NCBI GenBank assembly: GCA_009859145.1
Contig: VRVR01000043.1
Span: 20,721 to 84,720 of the forward strand
DNA: 64,000 nt
Reading direction: 5' to 3'
Origin: Andalucia godoyi And28
Lineage: Eukaryota; Protista; Jakobida
Shown here: positions 48,665 to 60,500 of the stretch, in pieces
Layout of the letters: each line of letters starts with the position of its first letter
How positions within the stretch are numbered: position 1 is the stretch's first letter
Notes under the pieces: model-generated
Databases searched by the model: none
What the model was told of the DNA's origin: nothing
The model's input: the letters and a program-made list of their open reading frames with translations, nothing else
Position numbers and translations under genes: made by a program

Positions 48665-49570
48665 GCGCGAGGAGTGCAGCCCGGAGAACTGGAATCGGGA
48701 TCCGGTTTCTTGCTGAGACGGTAAGGAATGTCCAGCCGCCAGCTCCCCAGCTTCATGTATTGTGGGACAGGAGAGGAGGAATTTGGACGGCCGAAGTCGG
48801 TGAGAGGACTGATCACCGAGCAATTAAGACGGCAAAAGACAGACAGAAAGAAGAAGAGAAAATGATTTATAGAATTTTGAATGCGTATTCTATGTATATT
48901 TGGAATAGTATTGGATTGTACCAATATGGAATTGTTGTGTTTCCTGATTAATTAAAAAAACGTATGATTGATGTATACGTATTATTATTATTATTATTAC
49001 TTTCTTGGTTTCTGTGACAAGGTAGTGTGTTTTGAAGTTTGGAGCTGACGATGCCCGCTCGGCGCCTGTGTTTTTGTGCAACAAATGCTGTTGAGCTTCA
49101 CCCACACTGGGGCCCCGTGTGTAGTTTAAAAAATGAACGTTGGAGGAAACAGAATGTGGTTGGCGGTGTTGAGCTGATCCGACCAGACTGCAAACCTCTC
49201 GAACACCCTCGGGATTGCGGAAAACAGTACTCCTCCATCTTTATCGGATTGGCCGGTGTCGTCGTGCTGTTGTAGAGAAAGACGCAGTTGTTGTAGACCT
49301 TGTCGAAGACTTCGCAAATACGACGAAGCGAGCGTTTCTCTCCGAGGAATCAGGAGTAATGAATGTTGGCACACAAACCCGCCAGTCGTAAAACAGTCCA
49401 AAAATCTCCCATCTTTTTTCGCTCGGCATCTCCAGCACAGAGTCCAACGGCCGTTCTCTCTTTTCTGCTTTCTGCTGCGTGTTTGTGTGTTTGTGTGTGT
49501 GTGTGTGTCTGTGTTTTGGGTGCGTGTGGAGGTGAAAAAGGCAAAGAGAAGAATATAATTCGTTTTCGAG

Positions 49571-52231
49571 ATGCGTGAAAATCGGTATCGGTGCTCTGTG
49601 CTCTTTGCAGCCGTTGCTCTTCTTGTCGTCCTTGGAGCGATTGGAAGCGCGACTGCGAGTGATGGTGTGGTGAATCGGGTGCAGATTGCGACGGAGCACC
49701 CGGCTTCGCTTCACTACGAGAACCATGCAGAGACACGGTCACTGTGGATGCATCGGATCGAGACGCTGGACACGGACTCCGCGATGGTGGAAATTACTAT
49801 TGGGATTCCGCACAAGCAGTCGTCGCTCGATTGGCTGGAGCGCCGCTTCAATGAGGTGTCGAATCCAGACTTGCCGACCTACGGGGCGTTTGAAACATTC
49901 GACTCCATCCGACAGCAGATGATTCCGGACGACTCGCACGGTGCTGTGATCCTTGGGTTTCTCGCGGAGCATACGGCAGTCGTCAGCGAAAACCGGTTCC
50001 AATACACGTATATGAAGGACCACCTGAAAGTGTCGATGCTGGGATCTGAGGTACGGCGGGTGTTTGGAGTTGCAGAGCTTGCGCGTATGGATGATGGTCT
50101 GATCCGCGCGCTCCAGCAACCTACGTTGCCAGGCCATGTTGCCTCACATGTCCAATTCGTGGTTGGATTGGGAAGCTTTTATCACATGCGAAAGGCAGGG
50201 AAGCAGAATAAGAAGGCTTCACTGTCGCTCTCCAGCCTCTTCAACCAGTTTTCCATTCCATCCCCCTCCTCCCCGTCGTCGTCGTCGTCCGCGTCGGTGG
50301 GAAGTCTGCAGGCTGTCTCGGGAATGTTCCAAATGATTGCTGGGCCTGCGTCGGTTTTCGTCGGAGTGCCTGTGCTGTGCCCGAACGGGCAGTATGGAGC
50401 GTACCAACCCGTGGGCCAGTACTGTTCAGACCAAGGCACGGCATTATTGACATCCGTTGAGATTGGCTTGTACTACACGTTGAACTTCTGGACAAATGTA
50501 TCGGCAAACTCGTACCCGTTTTTCGCGGAGACGTTCCAGATGCGAGATTTTCAAAATGGTCTTGCAACCGACTACACAACGGCGATTCTTATGCGACAGG
50601 TTGATGCGCTGGATGGTCAGCAAGTCACTGGGTTCGTACGCCTTTTGTTCTCGGATGGGTCTGTCGTGAAAATGACAGCCGCTGCTGCAGTGGTGCCTTC
50701 GCGACTGGCAACTATTGAAGATTTGCGAACATTGTACGACATTCCGCCAGGGATGTCCGCAGTTAGCTGCACAAGAGGAGGAGTTGCTGTGATCGAATTT
50801 AACAATGGTGGATACAACCCGTCGGATCTCCTCTCGTTCTTGAACTTGGACGGAATGCCTTCTCCGGCCTCCTGTGCCGGAGTGGTCGTTCTCGGGTTCA
50901 ATCCCGGTGCTACTGCCGAGTGCTCTGCTTGTGGTGAAGCAGCTCTCGATATCCAGGTTGCTGCTGCAGTTGCGCGCGGAGTGTCCGTCGCGTTCTATCT
51001 CAATTCTACCGATGCGTCGTTCCAGAGCTTTGTGTCCTATTTTCTAAGCGTTCCGACGTGGAGCGTGCAGCCGCTGGTGCACTCGATCAGCTGGGGCGCG
51101 CCGGAAGGATACTGGTCGCAGAGCATGATTACGTCCATGGATACGCAGATGCAGATTCTCGGAACCAGCGGCATTTCCGTTCTCGCATCCTCCGGCGACA
51201 ATGGTGTTTTGGATAGCACTACTCCTAACTCTGTCTGCTCTTGTTCATCGTACTGCGTGAACTATCCTGCTTCCAGTATGTACGCAACATCCGTCGGTGC
51301 AACACGGTTTTCGTCTGGGTCTACGCCCATGTGTGCTTCCCTGAATCCGCTTTCGGGCTCGAACGTCTTCTACGGAAGTCACCTGGCCTCAGACACGTCA
51401 TCTTCGTCAACTCCGTTCATGTGCAGCTCGGTTGGCGAAGTGGTTTGCTCCACGCTCGGAGGCGCCGCTCTTATTTCATCTGGAGGAGGGTTCTCGCAGC
51501 TGTATGCAGCGCCGTCCTACGCTGCAGCAATGACGAATGCATACTATGCCATGTTCTCTCCGAGAGAAGGCGGACTTTCGGCCGGTGGACGTGGTGTTCC
51601 TGATATCTCGGCGATTGGACACAACTACCCAGTGGTTCTGCAGGGTAACTGGGGCATATACGACGGCACATCTGCATCGTCGCCTCTGGTTGCAGCAATG
51701 GTTGCATTGATCAACGATCGTCTTCTTGCAGATGGATACTCCGGAATGGGTCCGCTAAATCCATTCTTGTACGGCGTTGCCACGAAGTATCCGGAGGCAT
51801 ACCGCGATGTTGTGATGGGAAATAATGGATGTGCAGAAATGCAGAGTTCCGGCATGTCGTGCTGCGCCGGCTTCAATGCCGCTCCTGGGTGGGATGCGTC
51901 AACTGGAATTGGTACTCCAAGATTCCAGTCACTAATGTCGGCCGCTGTTGCAGTGAAGCAAGGTGGATTGTCTCGAGCGCCGGCATGGCTTTCCCAGGGC
52001 ATCCAGGGCATCCAGGGAACGAAAGGACAGCAGGGATCCAAAGCGGATGCAGATGATTCTCTGCGCACTGCACAGGCGGCTCTTGTACTGGTCATCATCA
52101 TGATGATCATCACTGCAGGTCTGGCGGTCTATGTGTTCCTTCTCTCCAGAAAGATGCCGTCCGCGGAATCCCTCCGACCCACTACTGCGCAAATGTCCGG
52201 GGAATCAACCGTCTCGTACTCAAAATTCTGA
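49571..52231 (+). CDS. TPP1: Sedolisin (S53) / tripeptidyl-peptidase I-like serine protease, membrane-anchored
   Basis: Signal peptide, pro-kumamolisin-type prodomain, EAALDIQ (Glu/Asp), SSGDNG, GRGVPDISA, GTSASSP (Ser), PGWDASTGIGTP and a C-terminal TM. Confidence 0.88.
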   Translation: MRENRYRCSVLFAAVALLVVLGAIGSATASDGVVNRVQIATEHPASLHYENHAETRSLWMHRIETLDTDSAMVEITIGIPHKQSSLDWLERRFNEVSNPDLPTYGAFETFDSIRQQMIPDDSHGAVILGFLAEHTAVVSENRFQYTYMKDHLKVSMLGSEVRRVFGVAELARMDDGLIRALQQPTLPGHVASHVQFVVGLGSFYHMRKAGKQNKKASLSLSSLFNQFSIPSPSSPSSSSSASVGSLQAVSGMFQMIAGPASVFVGVPVLCPNGQYGAYQPVGQYCSDQGTALLTSVEIGLYYTLNFWTNVSANSYPFFAETFQMRDFQNGLATDYTTAILMRQVDALDGQQVTGFVRLLFSDGSVVKMTAAAAVVPSRLATIEDLRTLYDIPPGMSAVSCTRGGVAVIEFNNGGYNPSDLLSFLNLDGMPSPASCAGVVVLGFNPGATAECSACGEAALDIQVAAAVARGVSVAFYLNSTDASFQSFVSYFLSVPTWSVQPLVHSISWGAPEGYWSQSMITSMDTQMQILGTSGISVLASSGDNGVLDSTTPNSVCSCSSYCVNYPASSMYATSVGATRFSSGSTPMCASLNPLSGSNVFYGSHLASDTSSSSTPFMCSSVGEVVCSTLGGAALISSGGGFSQLYAAPSYAAAMTNAYYAMFSPREGGLSAGGRGVPDISAIGHNYPVVLQGNWGIYDGTSASSPLVAAMVALINDRLLADGYSGMGPLNPFLYGVATKYPEAYRDVVMGNNGCAEMQSSGMSCCAGFNAAPGWDASTGIGTPRFQSLMSAAVAVKQGGLSRAPAWLSQGIQGIQGTKGQQGSKADADDSLRTAQAALVLVIIMMIITAGLAVYVFLLSRKMPSAESLRPTTAQMSGESTVSYSKF

Positions 52232-52507
52232 CACCCCCCCGGATTCTCTCGATGCCTGCACGCGCCAGTTGTAAGTAAAGTTTCTGCTGCAGTCTTCGTC
52301 ATCCGCACCAAGCAATGACAGGACTGACATCTCTCTATGTATCCTCTCTGCTGTCATTCATTCTCGTGAATAATAAGCTTTGCTTTTCCTCCGTCTCTTC
52401 TAACCTTCTTCTTTTCTTTTCCATTGTTGGTTTCTTTTGGGTATTTCTGAACAAGCAGAAGAACAAAAGGAGATTGAGCGAGCAAGCAAGACAGAGAGAG
52501 AGAGAGA

Positions 52508-55213
52508 ATGACTGTTTCTGGCACGCACCCTTTTTCTCATGTAAAGGAGAGCCTTTCGTCTTCACTGTCATATTTTTCGTTGCCGAAGCTTGATGCCGAG
52601 CGTGTTGCGAAGCTTCCGTACTCGATCCGAGTTCTTTTGGAGGCAGTTGTACGGAACTGCGATGGACTTGCGATTACCGCGGATGCAGTGTCAACTGTTC
52701 TTGAGTGGCCGACTACTTCGCAACAGGACAAGGAAGTGCCGTTCACTCCGGCGCGTGTTCTGATGCAAGACTTCACTGGTGTTCCTGCGATTGTTGATCT
52801 CGCTGCGATGCGAGATGCAATGGCGCGGCTTGGAGGAGATCCTGCAAAGATCAATCCGCTTGTTCCAGTGGATCTGGTGATTGACCACTCCGTGCAGGTC
52901 GATGTTGCACGAACCGCTGATGCTGCAGAGGAGAACGCCCGTCTTGAGTTTGCACGCAATGAAGAGCGCTTCCGCTTTTTGAAGTGGGGTTCGACTGCTT
53001 TTGACGACCTTACGATTGTTCCGCCAGGCTCCGGAATTGTGCATCAGGTGAATCTGGAGTATCTTGCTCGATGTGTCTTCTTCCGCAACGGGCTTGCATA
53101 CCCGGATACACTCGTTGGTACAGACTCGCACACGACGATGATCAACGGTCTCGGAATTCTCGGATGGGGCGTCGGTGGTATTGAGGCCGAAGCAGCAATG
53201 CTTGGTCAGCCCCAGGCAATGGTCCTGCCCAAGGTTGTCGGTGTGAAGCTCACGGGGAAGCTGCCGTCGATTGCAACCGCCACGGATCTTGTTCTTACGC
53301 TCGTCGCAATGCTCCGAAAGCACGGCGTTGTTGGAAAGTTTGTGGAGTTCTATGGTCCAGGTGCAATGCAGCTGACGACTGCCGATCGCGCAACCATTGC
53401 AAACATGGCTCCCGAGTATGGCGCAACTTGCGGCTTCTTCCCTGTGGATGCCGTTACTCTTGACTATTTGCGACAGACGGGACGTCCGACAGAAACTGTT
53501 CAGTTGATCGAGCAGTACTTGCGAGCCAATATGCTCTTTGTTGCAGAGGGCCAGGTGGATGCGCAGATCCACTACTCGGAACACATGGAGCTAGATCTTG
53601 CAACCATTGTTTCTTGCGTTGCCGGTCCGAAGCGTCCGCATGATCTCGTCAAAGTTGCAAACATGCCTGCCGATTTTGCATCATGCCTGACGGCCAAGCT
53701 CGGATTCAAGGGATTCGCAATCGCACCAGAGGCTGTGACAAAGAAGGCTGCCTTTGAATTTCAGGGCGAGCAGTTCGAGCTTGCACATGGAGACGTCGTC
53801 ATTGCAGCAATCACTTCTTGCACAAACACATCAAATCCCGCAGTCATGATCGGCGCCGGTCTGCTTGCAAAGAAGGCTGTCGAGAAGGGTCTGTCGATCA
53901 AGCCCTACATCAAGACGTCGCTGTCCCCTGGGTCTGGAGTTGTGACGCAGTATCTCAAGCATTCCGGACTTCAGCAGTACTTGGATGCTTTGGGTTTCAA
54001 CACCGTCGGATACGGCTGCATGACGTGCATTGGAAACTCGGGAGATCTCCCCGAGCCGGTGTCCAAGGCTATTACAGAAGGCGACGTTGTTGCCGCTGCT
54101 GTCCTCTCCGGAAACCGCAACTTTGAGGCCCGTGTGCACCCGTTGACTCGTGCTAACTACCTTGCATCTCCACCGTTGGTTGTTGCCTATGCTCTTGCTG
54201 GGAATTGCAGCCTTGACTTTGCAAAGCAGCCTCTTGGTGTTGATTCGACTGGAAACCCCGTCTTTTTGAGCGAAATCTGGCCTACCGCCGAAGAGATCCA
54301 GCAAGTCATCAGCTCTTCTGTTCTTGCTACCATGTTCTCTGAGGTCTACGCCTCTATCAAGAATGGTACTCCTCGTTGGAATGCTCTGCAGGTTCCCCCC
54401 GGAACGCGCTTCGCGTGGGATGCAGACTCCACCTACATCCACAACCCTCCCTTCTTTGCTACGATGAAAGTTGAGCCCCCCGTCGCGTACGATGCCAATG
54501 CGGAAATTCTCGGGGCATATTGTTTGCTGAATCTCGGGGATTCCATCACCACCGATCACATCTCGCCGGCCGGAAACATTGCCAAGACGTCTCCCGCCGC
54601 ACGTTTCTTGCAGTCTCGCGGAGTTGCACCGACTGATTTCAACTCATATGGTGCCCGCCGAGGAAATGACATTGTCATGCAGATGGGAACATATGCCAAC
54701 ACTCGCTTGTTGAACAAGTTGAACGGCGCGTCTGTGTATGGCCCCAAGACTGTTCATGTTCCGTCAAACGAGTCGCTGGACATCTATGATGCCTCGCAAC
54801 GGTACATTAGCGAGGGAAAGCCGCTGGTTGTGCTTGCCGGTGCAGAGTATGGATCCGGGTCGTCTCGTGACTGGGCCGCTAAGGGACCGTATCTGTTGGG
54901 AATCAAGGCTGTTGTCGCCGTTTCCTACGAGAGAATCCACCGTGCCAACCTTGTTGGTATGGGTATCGTTCCTTTGCAATTCAAGAATGGACAGAGCGCC
55001 GATTCGCTTGGCTTGACTGGACGCGAGACGTTTGACGTGATTGTTCCGGCACCGAAGGACCTCCGTCCGTTTATGGATGTGACGGTTCGTGTGTCGACTG
55101 GTGTTGAGTTTGTCACGACTTTGCGTTTCGACACCCCGATCGAGTGTGAGTACTTCCGTCATGGAGGTATCTTGCATTATGTGCTCCGCAATCTTCTGGT
55201 TAATAAGGCATAA
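52508..55213 (+). CDS. ACO1: Aconitate hydratase, AcnA/IRP1 (cytosolic) type
   Basis: [64 protein letters not shown] and [12 protein letters not shown]. Confidence 0.96.
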   Translation: MTVSGTHPFSHVKESLSSSLSYFSLPKLDAERVAKLPYSIRVLLEAVVRNCDGLAITADAVSTVLEWPTTSQQDKEVPFTPARVLMQDFTGVPAIVDLAAMRDAMARLGGDPAKINPLVPVDLVIDHSVQVDVARTADAAEENARLEFARNEERFRFLKWGSTAFDDLTIVPPGSGIVHQVNLEYLARCVFFRNGLAYPDTLVGTDSHTTMINGLGILGWGVGGIEAEAAMLGQPQAMVLPKVVGVKLTGKLPSIATATDLVLTLVAMLRKHGVVGKFVEFYGPGAMQLTTADRATIANMAPEYGATCGFFPVDAVTLDYLRQTGRPTETVQLIEQYLRANMLFVAEGQVDAQIHYSEHMELDLATIVSCVAGPKRPHDLVKVANMPADFASCLTAKLGFKGFAIAPEAVTKKAAFEFQGEQFELAHGDVVIAAITSCTNTSNPAVMIGAGLLAKKAVEKGLSIKPYIKTSLSPGSGVVTQYLKHSGLQQYLDALGFNTVGYGCMTCIGNSGDLPEPVSKAITEGDVVAAAVLSGNRNFEARVHPLTRANYLASPPLVVAYALAGNCSLDFAKQPLGVDSTGNPVFLSEIWPTAEEIQQVISSSVLATMFSEVYASIKNGTPRWNALQVPPGTRFAWDADSTYIHNPPFFATMKVEPPVAYDANAEILGAYCLLNLGDSITTDHISPAGNIAKTSPAARFLQSRGVAPTDFNSYGARRGNDIVMQMGTYANTRLLNKLNGASVYGPKTVHVPSNESLDIYDASQRYISEGKPLVVLAGAEYGSGSSRDWAAKGPYLLGIKAVVAVSYERIHRANLVGMGIVPLQFKNGQSADSLGLTGRETFDVIVPAPKDLRPFMDVTVRVSTGVEFVTTLRFDTPIECEYFRHGGILHYVLRNLLVNKA

Positions 55214-55243
55214 GACGCCCGGTTCTTGGAGTGTTTTGTTTGT

Positions 55244-55320
55244 GCCGTGGCTGTTGGTGTTGGTGTTGGTGTTGATGTTGATGTCGATGTTGATGTTGAT
55301 GTTGATGTTGATGTTGGTTG
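55244..55320. repeat. (GTTGAT/GTTGGT)n microsatellite in aconitase 3' region
   Basis: About 12 degenerate hexamer copies read directly. Confidence 0.85.
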
Positions 55321-55513
55321 CGTGTCGCCAGGGTGGTTGGAGGTACTTCCATGGAATTGTGCAGATTTGAGGATCTATATTTGTTTGTTGTGAGGAGCGG
55401 AGAAGAAAGATCATTCAAGAAGCAAGTAAACGAAAGTTCGAATTTCTTTATTTATTTCTTTATATATTATTATTATTATTTCGTTTTGCGAATCCTGTTG
55501 CCGACAGGTGATA

Positions 55514-56722
55514 TCAATCTCTCGCTGTAGTCCGAGATGCTACAAGGTTCAGCATTGTGTTATGAAGACTGCTGACGAAGACAGGGAGTCGATCGACATA
55601 AAATGCTTCAATCTCGGCCTTCCACAGCAGCGCCCCAAAGGCAGCGACTTCCCGTGCATACGTTGCATCCTCTCTTACAACCTGCATGGCTTGAATTCGA
55701 CGAAGCACGCGCATGTCATATTCCGTGTAGGGCAGTCGATGTTGGAGCGGTACCAGCGCCTCGGCATCCGCTGCAAACATGCCAAGCCACTGAATAGGCA
55801 CGGTGTAGGCGTGGGATTCTAGCACCATTCCTTGACTGCCATGGGCATAACAAAGGTGGATTGCAAACCCAGAAGGGTTGAAGTCGTACAGTCCAAACAC
55901 CGGAATCTGCAACTGACGTGCGAGGCACGAGAGTGCAACACGAGTCGCGACATCCGGAAACCCGCAGCCCGTTACCAGCACCACGCGAGCACGCACCGGA
56001 AACCCTTCCTCTACTAGTCTCTGAAACACCGCATCCTTTTCTATGACAAGAATCGCCACCAGCGGCCTTTCGTCAGCGCTCGCAAACCGGACGGTGTGCA
56101 ACAAGGAAACGTCGCCGGGTATCGACGTGCGGGTGCCTGCAAGCGAGACGGGGAAGAGCGCGGTGGACTCGCTTGCGTCGCAAACCAGCCCGCATAAGAA
56201 CCCGCGGCCTGTTGTTGTCAGATTCAGCGCATGCCGCGGACATCCAATCATAGCAGCCACTTCTGTGACGGTCGCATTCAGCTTGCGCTGAGTGGAGAAG
56301 AACGGCTTGAGCAGGTAGAACAGTTCACGGATGGATACTCGAGAATGCGAAACGAGCAGCTGATGAATCCGCGAAAGCACCGTCCACATGCGGACATACT
56401 CCGGTGACACTCTGATGAAGGGACCCTCGGAAAGTTCTGCTGACGCATTTGACCGAACACTGTACATTCTGCGACGACTGGTCCGTCGAATCCGCGCGCG
56501 CACTGTCCTGCGGTCATCGTGTTCGTAAGAGAACGCTGGAATGTGAAACGCCGGAACCGAATGAGACGCGCCTGTTGACGTAATCACCATAATGTACTCG
56601 AGGGCGTATTCTTCGATGCGCGTCAGAATGGCTTCTCGGCTCATGCCAGTATCTGCCTCCATAAAAACATCCTCCTCTGCAGTGAGAACGGCCTCCTCCT
56701 GGACGGGTATGCCATCGTCCAT
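55514..56722 (-). CDS. SPO11: Meiotic recombination protein SPO11 (SPO11-2-like)
   Basis: SIRELFY (catalytic Tyr), ILVIEKDAVFQRL, VTGCGFPDVATR, GLYDFNPSG and GSQGMVLE; ATG 56722. Confidence 0.9.
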   Translation of the reverse strand: MDDGIPVQEEAVLTAEEDVFMEADTGMSREAILTRIEEYALEYIMVITSTGASHSVPAFHIPAFSYEHDDRRTVRARIRRTSRRRMYSVRSNASAELSEGPFIRVSPEYVRMWTVLSRIHQLLVSHSRVSIRELFYLLKPFFSTQRKLNATVTEVAAMIGCPRHALNLTTTGRGFLCGLVCDASESTALFPVSLAGTRTSIPGDVSLLHTVRFASADERPLVAILVIEKDAVFQRLVEEGFPVRARVVLVTGCGFPDVATRVALSCLARQLQIPVFGLYDFNPSGFAIHLCYAHGSQGMVLESHAYTVPIQWLGMFAADAEALVPLQHRLPYTEYDMRVLRRIQAMQVVREDATYAREVAAFGALLWKAEIEAFYVDRLPVFVSSLHNTMLNLVASRTTARD

Positions 56723-57100
56723 TTCAGCGAGCAGCACTCAATAGACGATTCTGCAAAGAATAGCACAAGGTGGAGGACAATAATGAAGAATGGAAACAAG
56801 ATGCTCGTGGTTGCGACGACCCTTTGACTGCAAAGCAATCTGCACTGAAGAGTTGGTGCTCGTCCCCGAATAAATAAAAACAAAACAGCATGTGGCTTTG
56901 GATCTGTCTTCGGTGACAGCTTAGCCGATGACGATCAATAATGATTCATGTCTTCGGCGAGCGGAGACACGAGTATTTCTGAATTCTGACAGGCTACGTT
57001 ACAGCGGTTACCTTACATTTTGAAGTTTATGTGCAGTTTCGCAGTGAAAATTCCCTTTCATAGTCCACACGTAGCGCGGCTGGTCCGTTCATCAGCGTGA

Positions 57101-58948
57101 TCAAGAGCGAGACTTCTGGAGGTACTCGGCAGCAATGGCGGCAGGATCGTTTGCGATTTTATCCGAGGATTCTGCCAGCCGAGTGTACTTTTCAGAGAGC
57201 TGAGCAAAGTCTGCTGGCGATCGGTAGCTCGCATTGGTCGAGAGTGTGTCCAGAGCATTTCTCTGGGGTGGAGTAAAGACCCTTTGCGTAGTCCCGCTCA
57301 GATTCCCACTCGCATTGCCGCCGGGACTGTGCACATTCACCGTCGCGCTCGTCAAGACCGACGACATGTTTGAATTCATCATGTTCGAGCTGTTCGAGTT
57401 CAAATTGGAGTGCATCAGCGGTGAAAGAGAAGAAACACGGCTTAGTCCCTGAACCTTGTTCAACTCAGCAGACAAGTATCGATTGAGTCCTGCAGTCTGC
57501 TCGACATGCTCCCGAATTGCTCGTAGCTCGTCGCTTGCGCGCGCCAGCTGCGTCCTCAGTTCTTCGATTCGTGCATCCCGCTCCTTGATCTTCTCTGCAA
57601 CTCGCGATCTCTCAACGCCGCTTTCTCTCGCCTCTTCCACAAAGCGTGCGATCCGGGCCTCCTGCTCACGACACACTGCAGACTTTGCTTCCACACGCTG
57701 CTTCAGTGCTTCGACAGCGGCGTTCTTCTTCCGAATTGCCTCGTTCGCACGCGCGATCTCCTCGCCCGCAGCCCGCAGCGCATCGTCCTTCTCCTTCATG
57801 TTCTCCTTCATTCCAGCCACAAGTGCATCAAGCTCATCTCTGCGCGCCATCGCCATCGAAAGGACTTCTCGCTGCACTCTTGCACCTTCCTCGGACGCAG
57901 CAAGCCGCGCAGCCACACTGCTTTCGCGCTTCTCGACTTCCCTGCGCGCTTTCTCGCTTTCCTCGAGATCACGCCTCATTGCTGTATTCTCTCGACGAAC
58001 TTCCGAGACAATGCTTTCGGCTCCCACCGCCCTCGACACCATCGCTGCATTCTCCGTCTCCAAGTCCTTGATCCGCGCTTCAAGGTCACCGATTCTTATT
58101 TCATATTCTTTCAACCCCGCATCTTTTCTTGAACATTCTGATCGCGCACGTTCTGCGTGTTCTCGCAGTTCGTTCTTCTCCGTCTCGAATGCCTTTTGAT
58201 ATTCAGATCGCTCCTCGTCCTTCTTCCGAATGATTTCACGAATCGACTCCCGCCTTTCTTCTTCGAATGCGCGCCGCTCTTCAAGAACCGAGAGGTCGCG
58301 CTCTGAAATCTCGGATTGAAGTGTGGCAAGATCAGACTCTAGAGTGGAAATACGCGATGACTGTGCAGCATTCATCGATTCGCTGGCATCCAACATCGAT
58401 CGCAACGACGCCGCAACGGTCGCAAGGTGTCCTGCCAGCGTGGCTGGGGTTGCAGGGGACATCAGCAGCGACAGGCGAGGATAATTCGCATACGCATCGG
58501 ACTCGACAATCGACAGTAACCCTGTTCCAGACGGTGAATCGTCAATCGCAAGCGACGACATGGACGAAACGGACGAATGCTGCTGGTTCAATGCGGTTCC
58601 TGACGGACTTGTCTTTACCGTGAACCGACACGAGTATGTCAAGTTTGAACTGCTTGACGAGGACTGTGCACATACATGCGACGCCATTTCAGACACGAAC
58701 GCTGAGAACCCGTGAAAATCAACATTCAAGTGGTGCGATTCGCGGACTCTTGGGAAGTCGGGTTCTTCCACTGTGCATGTGTAGAGAAAATGCAGATTGG
58801 AAGGATCAGTGAGGCGCAGGCTGTACGCTCGATGAGAAGCTCGATGCAACAATGTCAATGTCAGCGTCAGCGTTCGATGACGGTCTTCGGTCGACGGTAA
58901 ATGCACGCTTGTTTGGATTGGCGCTTCGTACAGGACTTCACTTGACAT
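57101..58948 (-). CDS. SAS6: Centriolar cartwheel protein SAS-6
   Basis: LRLTDPSNLHFLY...DFPRVRESHHLNVDFHGF (PISA-like head domain) followed by a long coiled coil; ATG 58948. Confidence 0.85.
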   Translation of the reverse strand: MSSEVLYEAPIQTSVHLPSTEDRHRTLTLTLTLLHRASHRAYSLRLTDPSNLHFLYTCTVEEPDFPRVRESHHLNVDFHGFSAFVSEMASHVCAQSSSSSSNLTYSCRFTVKTSPSGTALNQQHSSVSSMSSLAIDDSPSGTGLLSIVESDAYANYPRLSLLMSPATPATLAGHLATVAASLRSMLDASESMNAAQSSRISTLESDLATLQSEISERDLSVLEERRAFEEERRESIREIIRKKDEERSEYQKAFETEKNELREHAERARSECSRKDAGLKEYEIRIGDLEARIKDLETENAAMVSRAVGAESIVSEVRRENTAMRRDLEESEKARREVEKRESSVAARLAASEEGARVQREVLSMAMARRDELDALVAGMKENMKEKDDALRAAGEEIARANEAIRKKNAAVEALKQRVEAKSAVCREQEARIARFVEEARESGVERSRVAEKIKERDARIEELRTQLARASDELRAIREHVEQTAGLNRYLSAELNKVQGLSRVSSLSPLMHSNLNSNSSNMMNSNMSSVLTSATVNVHSPGGNASGNLSGTTQRVFTPPQRNALDTLSTNASYRSPADFAQLSEKYTRLAESSDKIANDPAAIAAEYLQKSRS

Positions 58949-59029
58949 TTTTCCCCTTTCTCGCAATCCTCACGTCCGAATCAATACAGATGGCGCTCTT
59001 TTTGAATGAAGGTATTTTTAAATATTAAC

Positions 59030-59170
<141 letters not shown>

Positions 59171-59301
59171 TTATTGTAAGCCATGCAAAACCAGCAAAAG
59201 GCAAAAGCCGGAAAATGGAAAGGGCTTTTTGGGGGAAAACGGTACTGCTGGGCGGGAAAAAGACACAGAACAGCTCCCGTCCCAGACACCCTTTTTTTAT
59301 G

Positions 59302-60285
59302 TTACGACCGCTGACAATTATGAGCAAGATATCCTGGATAGTCGACTTTTGCGCTGTGGACGTCTGCAGCGCTCAGTTTGCAAAACGTAATTTCTTGATC
59401 CGTGTTACATTCGAGTATGTTCCCAATTGGATCAACAACGAAGGACGGTCCTCCAAGATGGGCAGCGAGAATTCCCGATTTTGGTCTCGAGACGGAGCAA
59501 ATGAACGAGGCTCGGACGATTGCAGAGCCCTGCGAGACTGCCAGCCAGCGTCGCACATAATCCGGGCTGTCTGACGTTGCTCGAGGATGAAAAATCGCGT
59601 CTGTTCTCTGTCGAAGCGGAATGCAGTGGTCCAACCGCATAAGATCCGAGCACAGGACCACGGAGCAAATGAACCCACTGGATTCATCATTCACATCCGT
59701 AGACACTGCTGAAAACGACAGAGAAGAGCCATCCGCGCCTACCTTGATCTTGAAAATCGGCGGCAGGCACGATGTAGAAGACGGAGACCAGTGATACGGT
59801 TCGTAGAAGCCTGGTTCGTTGGGCAGATGCATCTTTTCGTAAGCGCCAACGACCGAACCCGTTGCATCCACGACGACGCCTACGTTGAATGTGCGTTCGG
59901 AATCTGCGACGGTGTGAGAAATGACTTCGTGGTGGCTGCGCGGACTGGGTGCGAACGATGCAAGGAGCGTGGGCAGTGGCGTGGACTCGCATCGCACCAC
60001 AGACGACACAAGGGCCAAACCAGATGTGCGTGCAAGATAGCACAGCACGGATAGAAACAGTGGATTGGAGTCACTGGGGCTGCGTGTCTGTGTTGCAGGC
60101 GACCATTCATTGAACACACACTCGGGAAGCACCGCAAGCAGCGCGCCGGTCATCCGAACATTCTGGAGGACAGCTAGGTACCGCACGACCGCTGGCGACG
60201 ACACCAATTCCGCAAACGACGAGGCTTCTCGAGGAAGCACGCAAACTTGACGGACAAGTGCGATCGGCAGCACACCCGTGCTCAT
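59302..60285 (-). CDS. Carbon-nitrogen hydrolase (nitrilase superfamily; N-carbamoylputrescine amidase-like)
   Basis: Catalytic Glu-Lys-Cys triad: VLPEC, YEKMHLPNEPGFYE and VLCSDL. Confidence 0.85.
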   Translation of the reverse strand: MSTGVLPIALVRQVCVLPREASSFAELVSSPAVVRYLAVLQNVRMTGALLAVLPECVFNEWSPATQTRSPSDSNPLFLSVLCYLARTSGLALVSSVVRCESTPLPTLLASFAPSPRSHHEVISHTVADSERTFNVGVVVDATGSVVGAYEKMHLPNEPGFYEPYHWSPSSTSCLPPIFKIKVGADGSSLSFSAVSTDVNDESSGFICSVVLCSDLMRLDHCIPLRQRTDAIFHPRATSDSPDYVRRWLAVSQGSAIVRASFICSVSRPKSGILAAHLGGPSFVVDPIGNILECNTDQEITFCKLSAADVHSAKVDYPGYLAHNCQRS

Positions 60286-60500
60286 TCTTTTTCTTTTTGT
60301 TCTTTCTTTTTTCTTCCTTCAATCAAAAGAGAACGGGTTGCGGGAGACCAGGGAGAGTGCCCAGAGTTTTGTTTGCGCACTCACGCCCATATTTGAATAA
60401 ATAAAGCAGAACCAACGAATGATAGAATGATGGATGGCTATGGATGCTGCGTTAAAGAGTGTCGAAAATGCGGAGCCTGTGTCACCGGCTGAATTCTGGC

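Noticed and set aside
49100-49412. Minus-strand frame with an in-frame TGA (…ANIHYS*FLGEK…) as a possible selenoprotein
   Set aside because: No CxxU or other known selenoprotein motif, no convincing SECIS, and the alternative frames are equally uninformative.
56900-56996. Two TGTCTTCGG hairpins plus ATGACGA...CTGA boxes suggesting a C/D snoRNA
   Set aside because: Terminal stem geometry is non-canonical and I could not assign an rRNA-complementary guide.
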